In this document: piece by piece, positions 24,701 to 36,812 of the stretch
Layout of the letters: the number at the start of each line of letters is the position of its first letter
How positions within the stretch are numbered: position 1 is the first letter of the stretch
Assembly: GCF_003918875.1 (NCBI RefSeq)
Contig: NW_025765431.1
Location: 1 to 64,000, forward strand
Length of the DNA: 64,000 nucleotides
Direction: 5' to 3'
DNA from: Haliotis rubra
Taxonomy: Eukaryota
Position numbers and translations under genes: made by a program
The notes under the pieces: generated by a model
Databases searched by the model: none
What the model saw: only the letters and a program-made list of their open reading frames with translations
What the model was told of the DNA's origin: nothing

Positions 24701-26014
24701 AATGGAAGACAATTAGTGGATATTTTATATTGCAGTGTTCATAGAAACAATATTCATACTGAAGTTTGTAGAGTTAAATCATCTGTTATGACTCAACCCC
24801 TCTAATTTTTTTATCATATTTGAGGACGATTAAGAAACGAATGTTTTCGGTTTTACATCATATTCCAACTTTTGTACACACCATGCCGTTTAACCAAGAA
24901 CTCGTCATACTTCGAGCAGTGAGTGAGACAGACAGACAGACAGTACAACTGTCTATTTATCGATTACTTCAGTAGATTTGTAACCTTCAAGTACAAAAAA
25001 TAAATAACAAATGCTTAGTCATGCATGTGCGATCCATTCAAATACATTTGCTTCAAACACTTCGGGTAAATACGTTTCCTTTCCAATGATCTCCAGTTCA
25101 TATTCCAAGCAGGTTTACAGGTGTAGATGAACTTCTACCTCAGGGTAATCCGGATTGACAAGCTCAAAGTTCACTATTACTCGCAGAAAGAGAAACAAGA
25201 AAGTAAGATACATAAAGACCCTGGAAAATACATGAAGAACTTGTTGTTGATGACGTCATTGTTCTCATCAATGACACCCTTCTGTCATGTAGGTTCAGAG
25301 GATGAAGAACGCCAATGCAGAAATGATGTCAGCAGCTAGTCATGACGTCATCACGGCGTATGGGCCCCAGTATCTTGACACGATGTTTGCAGGGGCTGTT
25401 AAAGGATGTTCTACCTCATTTCCCAATCTCGAGCCTGTCATGGCGGCCCTTGTAGCTTCTATAAGAAGCATTTCTCCTCAAAACCGTTACCTCGTAGACG
25501 GCAGCAACCAATGGTTCGACGTTGACTGTGTAAGAATGAATATTTCACCAGTGTAACAAATGCTTTTCGGACTTAGTAACAAACTAACGTTCCATTAACA
25601 GATGTTACTCTTTAACACCATGACGTGTTAGAGAGTTGGCCTAAAGTAATTATCAGGCACACGATACAATGGATATGGAATGAGCTTCAATCGAGTATAT
25701 GATGCAAAGCGTGGATTCAGATAAAAAATCATGTCATTAAATGATTAACACTGTCTTACCGTACATGTGAACAACACGAAAAATAAAAACATAGATTTAT
25801 TTACAATCATACAATATGGAGATCTGTGTCCGATACATTACTTCTCTTATATCTGATACAACACAATCTAGGTATTTTTACAAGTGTGTTATATTCCACA
25901 TGTTGACAGGTTATGGCCCGTCTTCGTCCTTTCGTGCCAGTCGGAATCCTGGACTATCTAATGCTGAAGGTGCGAGGACATCCTCCAGTTGCTGCGCAAC
26001 CAGAGTTCCATTGA
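21753..26014 (+). CDS. SDR2: SDR9C-type short-chain dehydrogenase, ~367 aa; exons 21753-21966, 22639-22839, 23520-23672, 24457-24650, 25293-25529, 25910-26014
   Basis: Exon sizes 214/201/153/194/237 as in SDR1; ITGCDTGIG, IVNNAG, NVTSVRG, YVVSK; intact reading frame. Confidence 0.92.
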
Positions 26015-27713
26015 TACTAAGAAATACTTGAAAATTTGGGGAACATCCTAGAGTGTGCCGAATATGACATATATCTACAGTGTACGTGTAAAATAGTGTT
26101 TGAATATACACCAGGGATATTGATTCCAATATATCCACATGAGTCTTAGTGCTGTGTGCAGATGTAGGCAGCATTTGACAGTTGCCTAAAACAGTGCTCT
26201 GATACTGAAAGGGGAACCAACAATTCAACCATTAGGAGATGCAGGGTATTAATGATATACATTTGCATTTTATTTATTAATGGTGTAGCATTCGTGTGCA
26301 CATTGTAGTAAAGCAAGCATTTAATTGCTGTTTATGTAATAATGTGTATATCACTGCGATAAAAGTAATTGATGAATACTTGTAATTATTAGTCTATGAA
26401 AGAGCTAATTTATTTCGAATATAAAGAAGTATGTTGTAGAATGTCGCAGTTATCGTCAGTTGTTTTTGACCTCATGTGCGCACCATGTCATTGAGACCAT
26501 TCACTGTGCAGAATTGTCTCACTGTTGTTGTGCAGAAACCAACGATCATGGGTTCGAATCCAAGTTCGCCCCGAGTTTGTGGTAAATACGCCAGTACTGT
26601 GCTGGTGTTTATTTTCTAAAGTCGTGACCTGTATCACTTCGGGCTTTCCTCAGTATGATTGATTGATTGATTGATTGTTGTTCACGCTTCACTCAGCAAT
26701 ATTCCAACTATTTGTTGGCAGTCTATAAATAATGGAGTCTGGACCAGACAATTCAGTGATGAACATCATGAGCATCGATCTACGCAATTTTGATACGATG
26801 ACATGTGATGCGAGCCTGACCACCAGGGTTGCTGAAGACCAATTCTAACCCGGATCTTCAAGGGTACCTCCCACAGTAAGCTGGCACGCCGTTTAAACTG
26901 GAGGACTAACCACACCTGTACTGTGTTATCGAACTCTCTCGGTCACTCATATTTATTTAGGACTAAGTGCTATCTCATACGAGATTGACAAACGTCTTTT
27001 AGAAGATATCGACTTGACTAAAAAGTAACAGAACTATTTTCTCTAATCATAAGAAAACCCTACTAAAGCAGAGGCTATTACACAGTGTTGAGTAGATTTG
27101 CTATATACAGAGACGACACCTAGAAAGGGTGGTCACATCTTGCCCCAGCACTGCCATCCGCCAATAACACATGCAAAGGAAAGTCAATTGTTCTTTCTTG
27201 AAAATACAGAACATACGGTACAAATAAAATTAGGGCATTGTCATGTACACGTTGTGTCACTGGTGACTAAAATATGGAAAGATGTTGGGAAGTTTAAATT
27301 TCAAACAGGAAAAATGAAGTATGATGCTTTATTCAGGTAAAGGGCCACCGGCCCATTATACAGGATTATAACATGAGCGCTGTATATAAATACACGTACA
27401 ATGCAATATTGAGAACATTAATGTAGCTTCAATATCATTTTACAGATATCCCGTTGAAAAAAGAATAGCAGCAAGAAATATATATTTTGTAAATTTATTG
27501 CAGATATTATGATTACTGGAACACAATAACAAAAACATTTTGGAAAAATAGTTAAGATAAAACGTAATATGCGATGCAGCAACATAATGTGTTTAAGAAT
27601 ATCCCAGTTCTGTTCATCGGCGAAACCGAAACCCCAGCTGTATAGCAAACCAACTGTAGTTATTATTCCAGTCAGAAAATGCATTGTATTGACCAGGTTA
27701 TTAACACCTCACT

Positions 27714-30700
27714 TCACGACGTAGTAGTGTAAAAGGCCTCTTTTGGCAGTGGCTGGAGCCAGAGATAAAGAGCATCCATCACCGACACCGGCAGAAAGTT
27801 GCGTAGTCGTGCCATCATCTACAAGAAATACTACAATCTGCAGTGACGTATATATAAGAGCATAAGTCGTCGATTCGTCTAACCTCAGGTGCTCAAGCAC
27901 ATATCATGGCCTCATAGATTTATAACCTGTTATCGTCGGATCACAGAATCGGAAAAGTGAACTTGAACTGTTGCACCCACTTGTTGATCTCTGTGTTGCT
28001 TTGAGTGAGTGAGTGAGTATGGTTTTTTAGCAATATTCCAGCAATATCAGGGCGGGGGATAGCAGAAATGGGCCTCATATATTGTACCCATGTGGGGAAT
28101 CAAACCCACGTCTTCGGCGTGACGAGCGAACGCCTTAACCACTAGGCTACCACACCAGCCCCCTGTGTTGCTTTGAACTGGGAAAGGGAACGGTTGCTTG
28201 CTTGCTAAATTTGCTATTTCTTGTTTAAGTTTTAGCTACAATCCAACTTCCGGGTATGGATTCTTTCTCCCCTCAACTTATAGTGTTGAGGAAATATAAC
28301 AATAAAACATTGTTAGACTTACACACAATACGTCAATCCTGTTATGAATTCCATCCACGAGGTATCGATTGTCTGGGGTTGTGCTCAGTATGGCATCCTC
28401 AAATGCATCCAGAACACCTTTTAGATCTTTGTCAGAGGATCCCCGGGATCATCTTAGGGACGCGCATATATGTATCCAAATATTGTTGTCCATACGCTGT
28501 TCGTATCTCGTCATCTACAGAGTCTAGTAACTTCTGGTACACTACCTTTTGTTGCTTAACCTGTGATGAAAGAACATAGCATTGTCAAACGAGTGAGATC
28601 GTTAGCCTAATTGGTTGAAACATATTCTGTTCTTCATAAATACATTTGATCTTTCCTTTCTCAAATTTGTAAACGGCCACTGGACAGCTGATTATATTGG
28701 TAGTGTAGTAAGTGAGTGAGTGGGTTTAGTTTTACGCCACACTCAGCAATATTCCAGCTACATGGCGGCGGTCTGTAAATAATTGAGTCTGGACCAGACA
28801 ATCCAGTGATCAACATCATGAACATCTATCTACGCAGTTGGTATACGATGACACGTGTCAACCAAGTCAGCGAGCCTGACCACCCGATCCCGTTAGTCGC
28901 CTCTTACGACATGGATGAGTTGAAGATCAATATTGTAACCGGGACCTTCACGGGTAGTAATTGAGTGGGTATGATTTTCACCATGTCTAGCCACATTCGG
29001 GGGCCATGTGGAATGGGATTCACACACTCCTATGTGGGGAACCAATCTTGGTCTATTGACATGACAACCACTTAGTGGCCCTACAATGATCGCATAGTGT
29101 GTGTATGATTGGTACACACAATTAAGCTTTGGTTGTTGGAGCTAAATAATATTTACCGTCATTCTCAATGGCTATATGAGTGTAACACAATGACACCAAT
29201 GACATGTATTCCGACTAATGGATTCCTGACACAAAGGGAGTGCTGCAGAAATCCCCGGTAAGTTTATATCTTTCGATGCACGTTTAATATTTCAAACTTC
29301 TGCTTAACACCGTTAGTTAGAAATATATTTTGCCAACCGTATAGCCCGAGATTGAGTGAGTTTAGTTTTACGACGCACTCAATATTCTATCTATATGGCG
29401 GTGGTATGTAAATAATCGAGTCTGGACCAGACAATCCAGTGATCAACAGCATGAACATCAATCTACGCAATTAGAATACGATGACATGTGTCAACCCAGT
29501 CAGCGAGCCTGACCATCCGATCCCGTTAGTCGCCTCTTACGACAAGCAAGGGTTACTGAAGATCAATATTCTAACCCGGACCTTCACGGGTATAGCCCAA
29601 GAGGTCATAATGTACGTGTCTGTACGAAGTGCATTGAGACGCCAAAATCAATCTGCGTTCAGATGCAGCTTGCAATACTACAAAGATGTTACACTTAAAA
29701 CGTTTTGGAATTGAACTCACTAGCTAGAACAAATAAAATCTTTTGTCACTTAAATGATATAATACATAAAATATATCGGGCATGAACTTTATGATTTACT
29801 ACATCACATCCACATTTCACACAGATTATTAAGCCAATCCCTATTAAAATGATGAATGCAAAATAACGTACACGTATGAAATGAATATTCATGTGTGATT
29901 CATTTAAGATAAAACCAGAATAGCACGTGAAAACGACACATTCGAATATCGATAATAATCATATGAATGTTGAATTGTTACAGTTACATGTACAAACTAG
30001 ACACTTTCACACCTATATTGGCAAATGACAGAATGTCTTATGGATCATTTACAGCACTGGTTGAGATGGTAAATATATGCGACCTCAGATAGAGTGCGAT
30101 CATTTACAGCACTGGTTGAGATGGTAAATATATGCGACCTCAGATAGAGTGCGATCATTTACAGCACTGGTTGAGATGGTAAATATATGCGACCTCAGAT
30201 AGAGTGCGATCATTTACAGCACTGGTTGAGACTGTAAATATATGCGACCTCAGATAGAGTGCGATCATTTACAGCACTTGTTGAGATGGTAAATATATGC
30301 GACCTCAGATAGAGTGCGATCATTTACAGCACTGGTTGAGATGGTAAATATATGCGACCTCAGATAGAGTGCGATCGTTTACAGCACTGGTTGAGATGGT
30401 AAATATATGCGACCTCAGATAGAGTGCGAATATGAATATTTATAACGTATCTCCGTTAAGCACAAATTGTATTGCAACGAGGGTAATGCAGATGATCATC
30501 TAATGGTAAAAAATAATTCCATCCGCATGAGATATTATTGCACGATGTGCGATACCGCCTTATGTTTATTAAACACCGAACATAAAAAAAACATATGAAC
30601 CTATTCAAAGTAATAATTTCAAACTTAAGAGTATGTGTGCATAGTTTTGAATGTCACGTCATAAATAGCGGCCCGTAGACGCTTACGTGTCTGTTAAAGT

Positions 30701-33700
30701 AACCGTTTTACAAGATACAACATGTAACAAATCGAGACCACCATTTAATATACAAATATTTACAGAAAACACTGCTATATATAATAAATATTGGAGGCGG
30801 TAAAAATAACATCACAACTATTTTGTAATAATATTGTATCGTTGATTCAACATGATATTATTGTTAATAAAGCAATATTTTTTACTGTTTTTATTGGTTT
30901 TATATAATTAATATATATGCTATTTATTCATTGTCACGTACTATTCACAACACAATATTTATTAACAGAATATGATTAATAAATCAATATTTAGTTATTT
31001 GGTCATGGTCAAAACCGTAGAGTGCGAAAAGTAATACCGGGGGGACTATATAAGTTGTAGATTATCCCTGGTAATACGTACGTTCTCCACACTAAACAAA
31101 CCAGTGCTGAGCCCATAACCGCCTGGTTCTATAAGGATGACCTTGACCCCGAATCTCCTCATCTCCAGCCTCAAACAATCTGTGAATCCTTCTGCGGCAA
31201 ACTTACTCATGACGTAAGCTGTGTGACCTTGACATGCTATCAGACCACGCACGCTGGTTACGTTGATTACGCGTCCTGAACAAAAGCAACGTTCTTAGGC
31301 CCGAAGCCGACTGAAATCCACTCGAACCCACAGCTTTTGTTTTTGCAGGTTCTTATGGACGACAGCTCTTTCATCCCCAATAACTAAGAGTATTATTTCC
31401 ATATTCAAATATAGAGCCTACACATTTTGATCAGGACCCACAACTTTGTATGGTTCTGGGTCCTTAGTGCCTGCAGCTTTTCAGAGTTAAGGGCAAACAC
31501 TGAACAAAAGGTCAAATGATTAGTCATTTATGGATATCAGCTCTTATAGATTATTTCTTTGAAATGTAATTGTCAAACAAACTGTGTTGATCCTTGCATC
31601 TGATGGCGGTTCTATCAGTATTGTAATAGTGCTTGTCATCACGTTGAAACCCTGGAACGGCTGACGCCGAATTTCCCCGTTGCAGTCAGCCGATGCCTTT
31701 GAGCTTCTGTCAGTCATGACATGTTTCAGTTTTCATTTGCTGTACAATTGTGATGGCAGACAAGTGAAAGCCCATCGTTTTCACAGACCAACAAATCATG
31801 ATGCACGTTCACTCCATGCCGGTGTGTTCGGCCGCATTCTCTGACATGGTTGCGTTTTTGCGTTCCCCACACGTTTTCGGTATATTTGTTGCTTAATTCT
31901 ACTCGCACAAATCACACCTCACGCATGCAGTCATGGGAATATCATATTTGGTATTCAATTTGTATGAATATCAGCAAAACCCATTTTACTACCTTGGCGT
32001 TTCATTATATATACACTCTGCAAATTCTAGATTCGTTCTCACAAATTCGAGTTATTTCTGCGGGATGCATAGTGTAAGTACAAAAGTGTTCCTAACCTTT
32101 TCTTTGCCTCACTAGAGGTAGAAACGTCTTGCACATTCGAACCATACCAAACAGAGGGAGACATAGTGACAAGGAATTGTTTGGTATGGCCGCGTGTAAT
32201 AACCGTCGTATTTACGTCAATATTTATTCTTAAATTCAATTCATATCAGTATGTAAACAATATATAAAAGCATATTTTTCTCACCTTTTCTTTGCCTCAC
32301 AAGAGGTAGAAACGCCTTGCACATTCGAACCATACCAAAGAGATTTACTTCTGCAACTCTCCTGTAGATATCCATTGTCTGTATCTCCACATCCCCTGTG
32401 TATTGTATGCCAGCATTGTTTACCAAGGCCCATAATCCTGAAAGGTAACATTACACTTCATAAGTAAAGATTTTAATCAGTATTGACATGTTAAAGAAGA
32501 TAGACAGTTTAAATTATGGCCTTACAACTGGTACAATTTTGTATCGTTGTCTATATTTTCTGCATTATCCACTGAGTGTTATTTACTTGGGCCAATAGTT
32601 TCAATCATAACATATCCATAGATTTAGACCTTGCTTTCTAATAATATAGCGAGATTTGGCTGTGCTTGTACTTGACCGGAATTATGCCGGTGCCAATATA
32701 AATACAATCTCGCAGCCCGGTCCGTATATTTTCACCCCAGGCAGGGTCACAAGCTTTTAAGTGCCATTATTCATCGTTATGTGATAGTACGTGGCCAGAA
32801 GATCCACCACACCAGGAAGGTGGTCAACCACACAGTGTTGTGTGACGGTCTTTTCTTGTGTAAGATCGTTCCAATTGTGTAATACTGTAACTTCTGCCGA
32901 CAGTCACTGAGTGTACTGTATATTGAGACTTGTGCTATGTGTAGACAGAGATCTGGAAGCTACTACAAGGTGCTACGATTTTATGAGCCTTTATATTTTG
33001 ACCCAAGGAGTTGGAGAATCTTCTGTAGTCGTGTTCTTATATATATAATGGAAGCTACTTATTTCCTTTCATCTAACATGATATACATCTGTACAGTAAC
33101 CAGGAGACCTGTAATTTTGTGGAGATCAGCCTTACCCTGGAAACAGGGTCTATATTGGAAACTTGACCATCGTTCCAATGAAGAGAATATTACATCTCTG
33201 TCTCTACTACTATAAACATTGCTTTTATATTTTATACTGCCCTTGAACTTGCACAGCCACTGTGATACATATGTCGAGATTTGTATTAATCTTTATCATA
33301 TCACATTGTTTTGTTGTTTGTTGGTTCCCCACTGAGTTTTTGTCCTTACTGATTTTTCAGTTAACTCCCCCATTAGTCTTTACTTGGGAATCAAAAAGTG
33401 ACTGAAGTAATCTAAAGATACCCCAATGTACCTTCTTTGTTACATAGCGTCTTCACCCTCTGAAGACATGAAGCAACACTTTCATCCGAAGTTACGTCTA
33501 GCTGTAAAACACACATGCGCCTGCTCCCTGTTGTCTTCAATTGTTTGGCACCGTCACTTTCCTCAGAGAGACACGCGGCGATGACGTTCAGTCCCTTGGT
33601 GTCCAGTAGTCTAGCGAGGCTATTCCCGAAGCCTGTGTATGGCAAAAGTCTATATGTTTGGCTTACAACAGGAACTTATGATTTGGGGTCAATGTCTTGT

Positions 33701-34250
33701 GTACCAATATTGCTGAATTATTATAATTTACCCTCTCTCTACCCGACAACATATCACATAAAGATAGTCAGTAAAGATACAGTCATACATTTTCTTTGTT
33801 TCCATGTATTCAATTCGAGTAACCACACACATGCCAATCTTCTCTTCGTGTGTTTGGGCAAATCCTTGACATTAGCCCTGACCTTGTAAGCTTTGGTAAG
33901 CAAATACAATTTAATACAGAACTGAAAGAAACATAAGGTTATTAGACTATTTCTTCTAATAAACACTTTTAGGCGTAAATATACATGTAATATCTAAAAT
34001 CGTACTATGTGTCAAAGAGACGTGGAGACTTACCTGTGTCACACCCTGTAATAAGAACATATTTCCCTTGTGTGTCGACCATCTTTGTGCCTGCTTTGCG
34101 TATAAACCAGTAACTAACAGAACACGCAAGACAGAGTAGACAAAGGTTGAGCACCTGTCCCCATAATGTGACAAATACCAGTACTACAAATAACACGCCT
34201 AAACTGGTCTCGAAGACACACAAACCAAGCATGTCCACCAAACTAGACAT
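27714..34250 (-). CDS. SDR3: SDR9C-type dehydrogenase with a +1 frameshift in exon 5; exons 34034-34250, 33432-33632, 32285-32437, 31082-31275, 28323-28560, 27714-27818
   Basis: ITGCDTGFG, LVNNAG and YVMSK are intact. Exon 5 is 238 nt (237 in SDR1/2), giving an in-frame TGA at 28432-28434; the conserved sequence continues in the +1 frame. Confidence 0.88.
28004..28162 (-). mobile_element. SINE family A copy
   Basis: Reverse copy flanked by the 14-bp TSD ctgtgttgctttga. Confidence 0.88.
30043..30427. repeat. 55-bp minisatellite, 7 copies (SDR3 intron 4)
   Basis: gatcatttacagcactggttgagatggtaaatatatgcgacctcagatagagtgc repeated almost perfectly. Confidence 0.95.
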
Positions 34251-36812
34251 AATCTACAAGAGAGAACAGACTTCCCATTCCACACATAAGTACCGGCACA
34301 TTTGCCAAAATAGGCTACACGAATTGTCTGCTGAAACGGCACCTGTTCATACTGCAATAGTTCTGTGACGCCTCTATGGCCTACTTCTTTTTTATCTCTT
34401 AAATTGCGTGATCTATTTGCTCACCTGAGGTCTTACCGTGATTGAATTTGGAGCAAATGTGATTTCTTCGAACACTCCAAGAACTGTGTGCACTCTAAAT
34501 CGAGGTACATGAATTTCATGTCTCTTTGTAAACAAAAAAAGAAGTGAAACGCCAATGTTGTGCCCGATATCATCACACATGATAAATACTACTTAGATAT
34601 TATGTAACAGTAATCGAAAACACAATGAGAATGCTATGTTTTGTCGTGAACCACGCAATCTTACACCATGACGAGGACGTCACGCTATTGTTGTTACAGT
34701 TGATTCTCAGCCAGGTCGTGGTGGTTTCAGTCGAAAAGACCATGGTTAAACCGAACCTTTCCTTCAGAGAAATCACTCAAATGTAATGCTTTCGGAAGGA
34801 GTGTCAATTCAAAGAACCAAGAGTTTGATAGGTTCTCCATTGCATAATTTGATATAAGACCGCCGTGGGAATCATATTTGAAATTCCATTGTGCTCGTGT
34901 CATTTCCTCATTTACTGTTGTAAAATTAAGTGAGTGAGTGAGTATGGATTTAGCAATATTCCAGCAATAACACGGCGGGGTACACCAGAACTGGGCTTCA
35001 CACATTGTACCTATGTAGGGAATCGAACGTGGGCCTTCGGCGTGACGAGCTAAAGCTTGAACCACTAGGCTACCTCACCGCCCCTGTAAAATTAAGAGAG
35101 TCTTCTAGAACAGCTACAACTGGGATGGGATGGTGCATCAACGAATACACCAAAAGAACTTTAATTGCACTAACACATACTAGCAATCAATCCTGTTAGA
35201 ACATTGGCTGCCTCTGAATCATAAGAAGTGTGTCAATCTTTGAATCGGTTAGTAGTGCAATAGTGTACATTACCGTAAAGCCTGCATCTTACTTGGAGAA
35301 TGAACCACATGTGAAGTATCCAGCAAACATATAAAATCATCTTTTGTTTTAAGACACTTGTGCTCGATCTTTTCCAGGTGGACAAGCTCCCTCGCATCGG
35401 CACTGATGTCAAGCTTTATAAACAAGGCAATTGATAGCTCCCCATCTTTTCCAATATTTTGGCACATTCACTCTGTGAACATATTCATCTTAAAAAACCC
35501 CATTCATTTACAATGACGCTGATGGGTGAAGATTTTTGTGTTGGCGTCGCTCGAAATGCAGGAATGTTGATCGATATTTTGTCTCTGAACACCGTAAACA
35601 CTGATACGTGTGTTTCTATAAGGCCTCTACAGACTGCGGGCATTTTCAGAAATTAAATATTGTGAATAAGGCAGAATGAAGGAAATGAATAATTTATAGT
35701 ATTACTCTTTTGTACCGATAACGTTACTTCAAGTACTGTGACCTGCGCTGAGTTGTAGATTGCCTAGGTCTGCAACAGTACAATCTGCATCATATCGTCC
35801 TGGAAATATTCGAGAAAACTAGATACCACCCACACGGCTAGTGGCCCTAGAGGTTGTGTGTCGAGTTGTCCCATAAGCCGAGCATGTGACATATCAGTAC
35901 ACACTGTAGTCCATGTCCTCAAAAAGCCGCGGCTGAAAAGAAACTTTGAATAGCCGTATCCCCGCTTGGGACAGCTCTCTACTGTTGCTTTTGGAATGTG
36001 CTGCGTGTCAACACTGTGTGTCATAAGTGTACGCTTACAAAAAGCCTGTTTGACGCATGAATCTAGATGTTACACCCAATGTGGGCAAATGCAATATTTG
36101 CTCGTTTCATGCAATGGACAGGTAATTGTTCTGCCCGATGCACGCAATCGGAAATTTGTATTGTTTTACATGTCTGTTTTTTGTATTAATCAAACGCTAT
36201 TATTAAATGAATTAACTGTAATTGATAACCACCAATCAGAAATGTGATCTCAAGAAAGTTTATTTTCTAACTAAAACACATATCAAGAAAAGTGTTACGA
36301 ACACGGTAGACATAAAGGGTCAATATGTAGACCGTCCCTATGTCCTCAGCCTCCTAGTCCTCCAGTTGTCTAAATGAGGATGATCCTCCTGTGTCTCCTA
36401 GTTGATCGTGCGGCATCACCACCAACGACGTTGATCATTGCTCATTCTGACTAGTACTGGCTATCAGTATACAGTATAAGGCCCAGATACAAGAATCTAG
36501 AGCTGGGGATCAAACCTGCATGTATCACCAACGTTATTCAATAGTAATCATGACACAGACACTAACGTATATCTTCTCAGTGACGTACGCTCGTACGTCA
36601 GCAGCTTATCCAGTTAGTCAAAAAGAAACGTAATAATAAAGACACGATACTTTATCGATGATAAAGTATCATATTATGATGAGACGTTTTGAAATAAGTT
36701 CTTATACCGTTGTCAAGCAAGAGCGAATTGTCATATCTTCAGCAAACCAACTGCAGTTTACTACTTAAACCGTCAACTAACATTGCATTGACCGGGTTAA
36801 TAACGCCTCACT

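Noticed and set aside
27709-27900. ORF-track peptide ...[15 protein letters not shown] as the SDR3 last exon
   Set aside because: Wrong frame; the frame [15 protein letters not shown] matches the last exons of SDR2 and SDR5 and has the correct splice phase.
28432-28434. Selenocysteine or readthrough at the SDR3/SDR4 TGA
   Set aside because: Homology continues in the +1 frame, so in-frame decoding of UGA would not restore the protein.
30043-30427. CRISPR-like array
   Set aside because: Head-to-tail 55-bp units with no unique spacers, inside a eukaryotic intron, and no cas genes.
35750-36308. Possible further Tc1/mariner relic
   Set aside because: One TIR-like end and weak N-terminal similarity only; too decayed to call by eye.
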